Shown in pieces: positions 20,918 to 31,696 of a stretch of DNA of 64,000 bases (positions are counted from its first letter, which is position 1; each line of letters starts with the position of its first letter). A program made the position numbers and the translations under genes. Source of the DNA: an uncultured delta proteobacterium (GTDB taxonomy: Bacteria; Desulfobacterota; Binatia; UBA9968); the NCBI GenBank assembly GCA_963847445.1, contig CAWJZV010000024.1, positions 96,001 to 160,000 on the forward strand. Direction: 5' to 3'. Under the pieces are notes generated by a model. That model saw only the letters and a program-made list of their open reading frames with translations. It had not been told where the DNA came from and searched no databases.

Positions 20918-23900
20918 ATGTCTATCCACGTTGCGCTTCATCACGTCACCCATTACCACTACGACCGGCGGATCACTCTTGGACCGCAGGTTTTGCGCCT
21001 GCGTCCGGCACCGCACTGCCGCACCCGCATCTTAAGCTATTCACTGAAGATCTTGCCCAAAGAGCATTTCATTAATTGGCAGCAGGACCCGCAGGCGAAC
21101 TATTCAGCGCGTCTGGTGTTTAACCAGACGACGACTGAATTTCGTATCGAGGTCGATCTGGTCGCTGAGATGGCGGTGATCAATCCCTTCGATTTTTTTC
21201 TTGAGCCCTATGCCGAGAATTATCCGTTCGAGTACGAGTCTTGGCAACAAAATGAGCTTGCGCCATACGTCAAGCGGGAGCCGGTTACGCCGCTTTTCGA
21301 GCGTTATCTGGGGGCAATTCCGCGCGAGCCCAAGCGCTGTGTGGATTTTCTCGTCAGCTTGAACGCGCAATTGGCGCGCGACGTGCAATATTTAATTCGC
21401 CTCGAACCGGGCGTGCAAACGCCCGAAGAAACCCTCGTCAAAGGTTCGGGCTCTTGCCGAGATTCTGCTTGGCTGCTCGTCCAACTGCTGCGCCATTTGG
21501 GACTGGCGGCGCGCTTTGTCTCGGGCTACTTGATTCAACTCACCGCCGATGTGAAGTCCCTCGACGGCCCTTCCGGTCCGGAAAAGGATTTCACCGATCT
21601 GCACGCCTGGGCCGAAGTTTATCTGCCGGGCGCGGGTTGGATCGGTCTCGACCCGACCTCTGGCTTGTTCGCCGGCGAAGGTCATTTGCCGCTCGCTTGC
21701 ACGCCCGAGCCGGGATCGGCCTCGCCGGTGACCGGCGTGATCGACGAATGCAAAGTAGATTTTTCCCATGAGATGTCGGTCGCCAGGATCTGGGAAGCGC
21801 CGCGCGTCACCAAGCCCTACACCGAGGAACAGTGGCAGGCCATCGATCGACTCGGTCATGCTGTCGATGTCGACCTGACGGCAAACGATGTCAGACTCAC
21901 CATGGGCGGTGAACCGACTTTTGTCTCGATGGACGACCCAGAGGGCGAAGAATGGAGTACGGCGGCGCTCGGACCGAACAAACGACGGCTCGCAGTGGAG
22001 GTTTATCAACGCCTGCGGGCTCACTACGGCGCTCACGGCCTGGTTCATTTCGGCCAGGGCAAGTGGTATCCCGGCGAGCAACTGCCGCGCTGGTCGCTCA
22101 ATTGCTATTGGCGCGCCGACGGCGAGCCCATCTGGCGCAATGATTCGCTGATCGCCGACGAGACCCAAGCCGGCAATGCAACCGCTGAACTCGCAAGTAA
22201 GTTTCTCCAAAACGTAGCCCACCGACTGGGCTTGGACGACCAAGATATTTTCCCCGCATACGAAGACCTGTTTTACTACCTCTGGCGCGAGCGCCGCTTG
22301 CCCGCCAACGTCGATCCCTTCGATTCCCGGCTCGAAGATCCGCTCGAACGCGAGCGGCTCATGCGCATTTTCACTCAAGGCCTAAAACAGGTTGTCGGTT
22401 ATGCTCTGCCGGTGGCGCGCGATCCGCGCACAGAACGTTGGCGCAGCGGCCAGTGGTTTTTGCGCGGCGAGCGCTGCTACCTCGTTCCCGGTGACTCGGC
22501 CATGGGCTATCGGCTGCCGTTAGACTCGTTGCCGTGGACCAGCGCCAACGACTACCCCTATATTTTTCCACCGGATCCCGCCCAGCCGCTGCCGCCGCTT
22601 GCGACTCACGGGCAAATTCGCTTTCAGATTGACGCAAGTAAGCCAGTCGATAGCACCGCATTGAGGCTTGACAGCAGTGGCGCGGGGCAGCGCACTAATA
22701 CCGAGCGCGTTCCCGGCCAAGCATGAGAGCGCGCCATGGATCTCGCGCACGGCAATCTGCGCTGAAGCGAGAAGCGGCGTGCTTTACATCTTCATGCCGC
22801 CGACCGCCGCCCTGGAAGATTATCTCGAACTCGTTGCCGCCGTGGAAGCGACCGCGGAAGCGCTCAATCAGCCGGTTCTATTTGAAGGCTACGAGCCGCC
22901 GCGCGATCCGCGCCTGCCGCACTTTCGCATCACTCCCGACCCGGGCGTGATCGAGGTCAATATTCATCCTTCGTCGAGTTGGGCCGAGTCAAGCGAACAG
23001 ACGGCGTTTCTCTACGAGGCGGCGCGCCAGTCGCGTCTATCGACGGAAAAATTCATGATCGACGGCCGCCACACCGGCACCGGAGGCGGCAACCACTTCG
23101 CGCTCGGCGGCGCCACGCCGGCGGATTCGCCCTGGCTCCGGCGGCCGGATCTCTTGCGCAGCTTTCTAAGCTATTGGCATAATCATCCGTCGCTGTCTTA
23201 TCTTTTTAGCGGGCTGTTCATCGGCCCGACCTCGCAAGCACCGCGCATCGACGAAGCGCGCAACGATTCGGTCAGGGAAATTGAAGTGGCGTTCCGCGAG
23301 CTGGAGCGGCGCTTGGCTGCAAACCGCGGCGATTGCCCGCCCTGGCTGATCGACCGGCTCCTGCGCCATCTGCTCATCGACGTCACCGGCAATACCCACC
23401 GGGCCGAGTTCTGCATCGACAAACTCTACTCTCCCGACAGCGCCACCGGACGCTTGGGCTTGCTGGAGATGCGCGCCTTTGAGATGCCGCCGCACGCGCG
23501 CATGAGCCTGACGCAACAGTTGTTGATTCGAGCGCTGATCGCGCGCTTCTGGAAAACCCCATACGCGCCGCCGCGATTAGCCCGCTTGGGCATGGAACTG
23601 CACGATCGCTTTCTGCTGCCGCATTTCATTTGGCTCGATTTTACCGATGTGATCGCCGAGTTGAATCAAGCCGGTTACGGCTTCGATGCCGGCTGGTTTG
23701 CGCCGCACTTCGAATTCCGCTTTCCCAAGTACGGCGACTTTGCCGTTCGCGGTATCGAGCTGGAATTGCGCGCGGCGCTAGAACCTTGGCATGTGCTGGG
23801 CGAAGAGGGCGCCCCTGGCGGCACGGCGCGCTACGTCGACTCGTCGCTGGAAAGAGTCCAAGTCAAAGTGACTGGGCTGCCGCCCGATCGCTATACGATC

Positions 23901-24260
23901 ACCTGCAATGAAGCGGCGCTGCCGCTGCAATCGACGGGGACCGTCGGCGAATTCGTCGCCGGCGTGCGTTACCGCGCCTGGCAACCGCCATCGGCCTTGC
24001 ATCCGACCATCGGCGTGCACACGCCGCTCACCTTCGATATCGTCGACCGCTGGATGAATCGCAGCCTCGGCGGCTGTCAATATCATGTCATGCACCCTGG
24101 CGGGCGCAGCTATGAAGTCTTTCCCGTCAACGCCTTCGAAGCCGAGAGCCGCCGTCTCGAACGGTTCTTCCGCGTCGGTCACACGCCGGGGATCATGGAA
24201 ATCAGCGAGAAGCGCATCGACCCGGAGTTTCCCTTCACCCTCGATTTGCGTAAAATTTAA
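20918..24260 (+). CDS. Transglutaminase-like plus DUF2126 putative amidoligase fusion, frameshift near 22690
   Basis: GSCRDSA, LHAWAE, GLDPT triad; LTMGGEPTF; [44 protein letters not shown]. Confidence 0.9.
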
Positions 24261-24376
24261 TCTGGCGCAGGTAAAGTCAACGAGTTATTCTGTGCTGGCA
24301 ATTGGTTATTCTAGGCCTTCGGATGGCACTGCTTGATTCAACCGATTGCCGATCCAGACAGCACCATTTCTGAGTC

Positions 24377-26902
24377 ATGGCCCGTGCACGAGCATTTATG
24401 AATTACCCGCTGAACCCCGATCGTTACGATGAAGTTTTCGCAGCCCAAGGTCGGCCGCGCGGCCATTGGGCACGTTTGGCCCAAGCGGCAACGCGGGCCG
24501 GCCGCACGGCATTGTCGCACCGCGCCAGCACGATTCGCCGCGCCGTCGAGCAGGACGGCGTTACCTACAATGTCTATGGCGATCCCAAGGGAACCGACCG
24601 GCCGTGGGAAGTGGATCTATTGCCGTTCGTGATCTCGGCGCAGGAATGGCAGTTTCTTGCCAAAGGCGTAGCCCAGCGCGCGCAGTCTGCTGAATCTCGT
24701 GCTCGCCGACTTATACGGCGCTAACCGCCTGCTCGCCGAAGGGCTGATCCCGCCGGCGATTATTCACGGTCATCACAATTACCTATGGCCCTGCCGCGGC
24801 ATCGAGCCGCCGGGCGGAACTTTCCTGCACCTTTATGCTTGCGATCTCGCGCGCTCGCCCGATGGCCGTTGGTGGGTCATGGGCGATCGCACCCAAGGCC
24901 CCTCGGGGGCGGGTTATGCGGTGCAAAACCGGCTCATCGTAACGCCCTTGTACGAAAATATCTTTCGCTCCCTGGGCGTGCAAAGGTTGGCTAATTTTTT
25001 TCGCACGCTGCAGCAACAACTCGCTGCGCTCGCGCCCACCGATGGGGAAGAGCCGCTGGTCGCCCTGTTGACGGCGGGGCCGTACAACGAAACCTATTTT
25101 GAGCATGTTTTTCTGGCGCGCTATCTGGGCTTCCCGCTGGTCGAAGGATCGGATCTGACGGTGCGCGACAACCGGGTCTATCTGAAAACATTGCAAGGAT
25201 TGAAGCTCGTCCACGGGCTCTTGCGCCGTCTCGACGACGAGTACTGCGATCCGGCCACCTTGCGCACCGACTCGGCCCTCGGCGTCGCCGGCCTGATCTC
25301 GGCAGCGCGCGCGGGCAATGTGCTGATCGCCAATGCGCTGGGCTCCGGCGTTCTCGAATCGCCGGGGTTGCTCGGCTTTTTGCCGGCGATTTGCGAGAGC
25401 CTGCTCGGCGAGCGGCTGGCCTTGCCGTCGGTGGCGACCTGGTGGTGCGGCGAAGCGCCGGCGCTCAAGCACGCGATCGACCATCTCCCCGAGCTGGTCA
25501 TCAAGCCGGTCTTCCCTTCGATGAAAATCGAACCGACTTTCGGCCACGACCTCGATAGCGCCGCGCGCGCAGCCATGGTGGAGCGGCTGCGCGCCACGCC
25601 CCACGCATTCGTCGCTCAGGAATGGGTGCAGGCTCTCCCAGGCACCCACCTGGTCGAACGAGACTCAGCAGTTCGAACCGCAGGGTCGTCGGCTTGCGCC
25701 TTTATGCGACCGCCAAAGGCGATGGCTATGAAGTCATGCCCGGCGGGCTCGCCCGCGTCGCTCCCGAATCGGCCGTCGAAGTCGTTACCATACAGCGCGG
25801 CGGTTCGAGCAAAGACGTCTGGGTACTCGGCGACGACGCTACGCCGTGGCAATCGCTGCTGGTGCCGCGGCTCGGCGCCCGCAATATTGTCCGCGGCGGT
25901 TTTTATTCGCCTTCGCGAGCGGTGGAAAATCTGTTTTGGATGGGGCGCTACACGGAGCGTGTGGAAAACGTCGGACGCTTGTTGCGCGCCGTCGGTCAAC
26001 GACTCGCCGAAAGCGATCCCGCGCATTTGGCGACGCTCAAAGTGCTGACTCGGTTGTCGGACAAAGCGCGCTTGCGCGAACCGAGTGAAAACGCGAGTTC
26101 GTTAACACCGGCCGCAAAAAAATTGCCGGTCAGCTTAGGCCCGGAGTGGGTGATTGCCGCGACCGGGGACCCCAAGGTTCTCAACGGCGTCCCGGCCAAC
26201 ACCGCGCGCCTGCTCTTCTGCGCGACCCAACTGCGGGAACGCATGTCGCTCGATCATTGGCGCACCGTACAGCGGCTCGCTCATGTCCACGAGCCTACGC
26301 CGCAAAGCCTGGAAGCATCGTTGGCGATTCTCGACCGGATCATTCCCGCCTGCACGGCTCTGGCGGGCTACGCCCTTGACGATATGACCCGGGATGACGC
26401 CTGGCGCTTTCTGGTGATAGGACGAGATTTGGAGCGCATGGCATTTCTCAGCTCGGCGGCGATGCAGGTGCTCGGGCTGCCGGACGAAGATAGCGATACC
26501 GTGCTCGGCGCGTTATTGGAAATCGGCAACGTCAGCATGACCTACCGGGCGCGCTACCAGCGCCATCCCGAATTGATACCGGTACTCGATCTGTTGGTGC
26601 TCGACGAATCGAACCCGCACTCGGTCTGTTTTCAGTTGGCGGCGCTCTACAACCATCTGAATCAAATCTGGGCACAGCTGGGATTCCGGCCGGTCAACGA
26701 TCCCGCGTCGCTGCTGCAGGCGCTCAGAGAATTCGATCTGGTTGAGTTGGAAGGTCAGCGCATGTCCCAAGATAAACCGGGCGAACCGCTCGCCGCTCTG
26801 CTGACCGCTTGCGAAAGCTGCGTCTACGGCCTGTCCGATGAGCTTACCCAACGTTTTTTTATTCACGCCGGCGAGCACCCGCAGACGAGCGTGGCGGCAT
26901 GA
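24377..26902 (+). CDS. Circularly permuted ATP-grasp plus alpha-E fusion, frameshifts near 24685 and 25630-25680
   Basis: DGVTYNVY, DRTQGPSGAGY, NETYFEH, MPGGLARV, SKDVWV, SRAVENLFWMGRYTER, DESNPHS. Confidence 0.88.
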
Positions 26903-27871
26903 GTCAAAACAGCGCGCGCCGTTATCGAGTCGAACACCACACCGCCTACCGGTACTCGGAGCCTGTGATGCTGTCGCACCAGCAGCTCCACTTGACGCCG
27001 CGGGCCTTGGACTACCAACCGATCCAGGCCCATGAAGTCGTCATCAAACCAGCGCCGACACAACAGCGCAAAATAATCGATGCCTTTGGCAATCCGGTGA
27101 TCGAGATCGCCATCGAAGCGGCGCACGCCAGCTTGGATGTCATCGCCCACTCCACCGTCACCGTCACCAAACGGCCTTTTATCGATCCAGAGGAAACGCC
27201 CTCCTGGGAGACCGTTCACGACGCCCTCGCTTATCGCGCTGCTCTGGCATCCTGAGCCGGCGATCCTCGAAGCCACACAGTTTCTCTTCGAATCCGCCTA
27301 CGCCCGGGTGAAACGCACTCTCAGGGCCTATGCCGGCGATTGTTTTGAACCGGGCCGGCCGATTTTAGCGGCCGCGGCGGCACTGATGGCGAAAATTCAC
27401 GGCGAGTTTAAATTCGATGCGGCAGCGACCAACGTGACGACACCGGTGATGGAATTTTTCGAACAGAAGCGCGGTGTCTGCCAAGACTTTACCCATTTGA
27501 TGATCTCGTGTTTGCGTTCAACCGGGCTGGCGGCGCGTTACGTGAGCGGCTACTTGCTCACGCGCCCGGCGCCCGGCAAGCCGCGACGCGTCGGCGCCGA
27601 CGTTTCCCACGCGTGGGTATCTCTATGCATCCCTGGCGTCGGTTGGGTTGACCTCGACCCGACCAACAATATTATGCCGTCGTTGGAGCATATTACGCTC
27701 GGATGGGGCCGCGACTTCGCCGACGTGACGCCATTGCGCGGCGTGATCAACGGCGGCGGCGAGCCAACCTTGGAAGTTAAGGTGACCGTCGAGCCCGTCG
27801 TAGGGGCGCAATTCATTGCGTCCAACTCGGGGCGCGCAGCTTCACTGGTCGCCGCTTGGTTACACCGCTAA
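26899..27871 (+). CDS. Bacterial transglutaminase-like protein, frameshift near 27245
   Basis: HHTAYRY N-domain; GVCQDFTH, ARYVSGY, SHAW, DLDPTN, GRDFADVTP; ATGA overlap with the upstream gene. Confidence 0.88.
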
Positions 27872-27877
27872 TCCGCT

Positions 27878-28606
27878 CTATGCGGTTAACGTCAGCAGAA
27901 CATCCGCATACCAGGCGCAGTTGAGATTCAACCGCTCGTCCTCATCAATATCGCGGTTGGCCACGTCCATGCGCGCCGAGTGGACGCCAAGCAGCGTCCA
28001 GGCGAGGTCGCCGCGACCGGAACGGTCAGTGGTAACGCGGGTGACCACCGGCGCGCCGCTGGTGCCGCGATGCATCCTGGCATCGGTCAGAAAATAGCCT
28101 TGTCCCTGAAAACGAATGCCGAACGCCGAGGCGATGCCCGCGTGGCGCGCCACCGGCAGGTGATGCAAATTGTCGTGAAACCCCAATGGGAAGCCGACGA
28201 TCAGCACCGGAGTGCCCACTTCGATCTGATCCAACTCAGCGACCAGATGCTCGGGTGTAAACGGCGCGAGAAGGACCGTCTCAGGGAGAGCCGGTCGGTG
28301 AATTTCCACAGCGACGACGTCAACACTGCCGCCGGAATCGACGCCTTGGCGCCACAGCGCTTGGGTTCCTCCATAAAGCGGAATCGACCACTGAATCACA
28401 TTGCCAATGTTTTGCTCATCGACGTGAAGCTCGATGGTAAGCCGGTCCGGCCGGTGATTACTGGCTTCCTCGATCACGACGTGCCGGCTGGTCACTAAAA
28501 ATAACCGGCTATCGCGCTCGAAAAAAAATCCGGTGGCGCCGGTGAGCGGCTGGTCACCCGACATCGTCGAAACCCGAGTTACCGCCAATAGCAAAGATTC
28601 AATCAA
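27878..28606 (-). CDS. Trypsin-like serine protease, no signal peptide
   Basis: ATGFFF, VTSRHV (His), DVV (Asp), GTSGAPV (Ser), LLGVHS; start uncertain (28606-28627). Confidence 0.8.
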   Translation of the reverse strand: MIESLLLAVTRVSTMSGDQPLTGATGFFFERDSRLFLVTSRHVVIEEASNHRPDRLTIELHVDEQNIGNVIQWSIPLYGGTQALWRQGVDSGGSVDVVAVEIHRPALPETVLLAPFTPEHLVAELDQIEVGTPVLIVGFPLGFHDNLHHLPVARHAGIASAFGIRFQGQGYFLTDARMHRGTSGAPVVTRVTTDRSGRGDLAWTLLGVHSARMDVANRDIDEDERLNLNCAWYADVLLTLTA

Positions 28607-28843
28607 GTTGCGCTCCCGAAAACTCAATAGGCGGAGGTGAATATTCCCATCAATGGCCGGTAAAACCTATTCCTTGTACACCGCGTCGATGAAGGCGCTT
28701 TTTTCCAATTCGTCAACCAGCGATCCATCCACCAACCAAGAGGGCGGGTTTCAAACCCGCCCCTACGACTCCCGAATTTTTTTTTGCGTCCTTTGCGTTC
28801 TTTGCGGCCATTCTTCTTTTCGGTTCGTGGTGATGCGTAAAAC

Positions 28844-29839
28844 TCACTGCAAGCGCGCGAAGAAGCCGCTATCTTCTAATTTTTTGCACAGACTCATGTC
28901 GGCGATATCTTCCGGCTTGAGCTCCGCGGCTTTCGGGTTGATGCCATGTTGGGCCATCAGTTTTAACACCGAGGCGATACCCGCAAGGCTCGGGCATGGT
29001 TTGCGCGGAATAACTTCTGCGATGGCGCGATAGGCGCTCTCCAAGCGGTCAGGCCGATCGAGCCGCAAATTGCGCGCGATGCTATCGACGACGGCCTTTT
29101 TATTCGCCGGATTTTGCACGAACGCCACACCCTCGACGACCGCCTTGGCGAGATTTTCCACGATCAGCGGATGGCTGCGCAGGTATTTACGGGAGGTCAC
29201 CAAACCCGATGCCTGGTACGGCACGTTCGCCTTGCCAAGATCGAACAACATTGGAAAACCCTGCTGAAGCACGACCTGCTCGACCTCAGGATTGAAAAAC
29301 GCCGCGTCGATAGCGCCGGCAAACAGCGAGCTCATGCGCTCGGGAGTGCTGCCGGTATTCAACAGCGTGATGCGGTCGCGCCGCGGCACCAATCCCAGAT
29401 GGTCCAGGCCAACGTAGGTGGCCATCGCCAGCGATCCAGAAGGTGTGCCGATGCCAACCTTCTTGCCCTTCAGATCTTCGGCGCTCTTGATGCCCGGACG
29501 CACGTTCAAAAAGTAATTCAGTTTGTCTTCCATGCCGAGCAGCATCGTCATATCGCCGCCCGCGGTAACGGCATTGGTCACGTGAGAGGCGCCGAGCAGA
29601 CCGAACTGAATATCGCCGGCGATCATCGACTGCATCGCCCGGCCGGCGATGATGAAAATCAACTGCGGATCGAGATTGTACTTGCGAAAGATCCCTTGCT
29701 CCTTGGCAATCCACAGCGGCATCGCATTGCCGCCGATGGCGCCGTAAGCGAAGAGAAATTTAACCGGCGGCTCCGCCGCATGGACGGCGCCGGCTATCAG
29801 AAACGAAAGCAAAATCATCGTCGACTTGAGTTGTTTCAT
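28844..29839 (-). CDS. ABC substrate-binding protein (NMT1/SsuA-like)
   Basis: Signal peptide; PLWIAKEQGIF, DLKGKKVGI. Confidence 0.85.
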   Translation of the reverse strand: MKQLKSTMILLSFLIAGAVHAAEPPVKFLFAYGAIGGNAMPLWIAKEQGIFRKYNLDPQLIFIIAGRAMQSMIAGDIQFGLLGASHVTNAVTAGGDMTMLLGMEDKLNYFLNVRPGIKSAEDLKGKKVGIGTPSGSLAMATYVGLDHLGLVPRRDRITLLNTGSTPERMSSLFAGAIDAAFFNPEVEQVVLQQGFPMLFDLGKANVPYQASGLVTSRKYLRSHPLIVENLAKAVVEGVAFVQNPANKKAVVDSIARNLRLDRPDRLESAYRAIAEVIPRKPCPSLAGIASVLKLMAQHGINPKAAELKPEDIADMSLCKKLEDSGFFARLQ

Positions 29840-29902
29840 TGACGCACTCCGAATCCGAAACGGCTTGAACTTTTTGAACGACTGGAACGGCTTGAACGAG
29901 TT

Positions 29903-30601
29903 TTAGGCTTTCTTCCGCCGGCCCTGGCCAAACAAAATTTTCTTGCCTTCCTCGGTCATGCCCGCCGAGCCGACGTTGATTGTCTTGGCGATCTCGTAGG
30001 CGCGCACCACCGCGGGGCGTTTTTGAATCGTCTCAAACCAGCGCTTCAAGTTGGCGAAGTCGTTCAAGTCCTGCCCCTGGCGCTCGTGCAAAACGATCCA
30101 AGGATAACAAGCGATGTCGGCGATGGAATAAGCGCCGGCGACGAATTCACGATCTTCCAGGCGCTCATCGAGCACGCCGTAGAGCCGCTCGGTTTCTTTG
30201 GTATAGCGCTCGATGGCGTAAGCGATTTTCTCGGCCGAATAACCGCGAAAATGATGATTCTGGCCGAGCATCGGCCCGAGCCCGCCCATTTGCCAAAACA
30301 ACCACTGCATCACCTCGGCGCGCCCACGCACATCGCGCGGTAGATATTTGCCGCACTTGTCCGCGAGATATTCGAGAATCGCCCCGGACTCGAAAATACT
30401 CAGAGGCCCGCCGCCGCCCGTCGGCTCATGATCGACCATCGCCGGAATCCGATTGTTCGGCGAGATTTTTAAGAACTCGGGCGCGAATTGCTCGCCCTTG
30501 CCGATATTGATCGGTTTAATCGAGTAAGGCAGCCCCGTCTCTTCCAAAAAAATTGTAATCTTGTGTCCATTCGGGGTCGTCCAGTAGTAGAGATCGATCA
30601 T
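29903..30601 (-). CDS. yfcG: Glutathione S-transferase, YfcG/YghU (Nu) class
   Basis: TPNGHK, SPNNRIPA, FESGAIL, WQMGGLGPMLGQ, YSIADIA. Confidence 0.85.
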   Translation of the reverse strand: MIDLYYWTTPNGHKITIFLEETGLPYSIKPINIGKGEQFAPEFLKISPNNRIPAMVDHEPTGGGGPLSIFESGAILEYLADKCGKYLPRDVRGRAEVMQWLFWQMGGLGPMLGQNHHFRGYSAEKIAYAIERYTKETERLYGVLDERLEDREFVAGAYSIADIACYPWIVLHERQGQDLNDFANLKRWFETIQKRPAVVRAYEIAKTINVGSAGMTEEGKKILFGQGRRKKA

Positions 30602-30640
30602 TGAAACCTCCAAAGGGATGTGCAGCTTGGTGCTCCTCGC

Positions 30641-31648
30641 CTACTTTCCATATACCCGGTCGATGAATCCTTCTTTTTCGAGCTCGCGCACGACGCTGTC
30701 GTCGATCAAACTGTCAACGGTAACTTTGCTGCCGGGCGTTTGCTTCAAGGCGTCGTCGAGCTGAATCTTCATGCCCTCGCGACTCGTGTAGGGCACGCGT
30801 TCGAGGATCTTCGCTGTGGAATCGTAGGAGCTGTCGAGATATGCCTTGTTGGCGGTGCGCTGATATTTGGCGACGATCTTCTGCGCGCCCTCCTTGTTGG
30901 TCTTGAAGTAATGCGATCCTTCGATCAGCGCCATCATCACTCTTTTCACGATCGGCCGGTTCTTCGCCAGGTAGCTTTTAGTTGTCACCGCGCAGATGAA
31001 CGGCAATGGGTACGGTTTCTTCAGATCCGCCATGTTGGCAAGGATGCGATAGGGAACGCCAGAGGGAGTAAGATGCACGTTGCCCGGAGGCGATGGAAAT
31101 CCCGCGATCACTCCGCGGCTGAACCCTGCGGCCCGCTCCGCCGCCCCGCCGACCTGCAATATTTTTACATCGTCCATCGGCCGCAGCCCCATTCCTCTCA
31201 GCAACTCCCGCGCGGCGACGTCGGAAACGCTGCCGAAACGGCTGATGCCGATGGATTTTCCCTTGAGGTCTTCCGGCGACTTGATGCTGTCGAGTACAAC
31301 CAACTCGTAAGCCAAAACATTGATCATGCAACCGACGCTGACCGTATCGGCGCCGCGCACGTTGGCATTGGCCACACCGCTGCCGGCCGCGTTGCCGATC
31401 GAGATATCCTGAGCCACGATCGCCGAGATACCGACCGTCGTGCTGCCGATATAAACCATGTCGACATCGAGTCCGTTCTTTTTGTAGAACCCGGTCTCAA
31501 GTGGAATCGTCCACAATTGATTCAGCGTATCCGTGGAACTGTAGGCGATCCGAATCTTATCCTGCGCCTGCGCAGCACTGGCCGAGATCATCAGCAGGAC
31601 CGAAAGAGAATAAAAAATATTGCGCCAGCGACAACTGAAATCGTTCAT
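30641..31648 (-). CDS. ABC substrate-binding protein (NMT1/SsuA-like)
   Basis: Signal peptide; GFYKKNGLDV, DLKGKSIGISRFGS. Confidence 0.85.
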   Translation of the reverse strand: MNDFSCRWRNIFYSLSVLLMISASAAQAQDKIRIAYSSTDTLNQLWTIPLETGFYKKNGLDVDMVYIGSTTVGISAIVAQDISIGNAAGSGVANANVRGADTVSVGCMINVLAYELVVLDSIKSPEDLKGKSIGISRFGSVSDVAARELLRGMGLRPMDDVKILQVGGAAERAAGFSRGVIAGFPSPPGNVHLTPSGVPYRILANMADLKKPYPLPFICAVTTKSYLAKNRPIVKRVMMALIEGSHYFKTNKEGAQKIVAKYQRTANKAYLDSSYDSTAKILERVPYTSREGMKIQLDDALKQTPGSKVTVDSLIDDSVVRELEKEGFIDRVYGK

Positions 31649-31696
31649 AGTCCCTCCGTTATTTCCCTGTCATACTCACGCCTCTCGCCTCAAGCC

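Noticed and set aside
24326-24340. Sigma54 promoter TGGCACTGCTTG before the second ATP-grasp gene
   Set aside because: GG-N10-GC spacing is not satisfied
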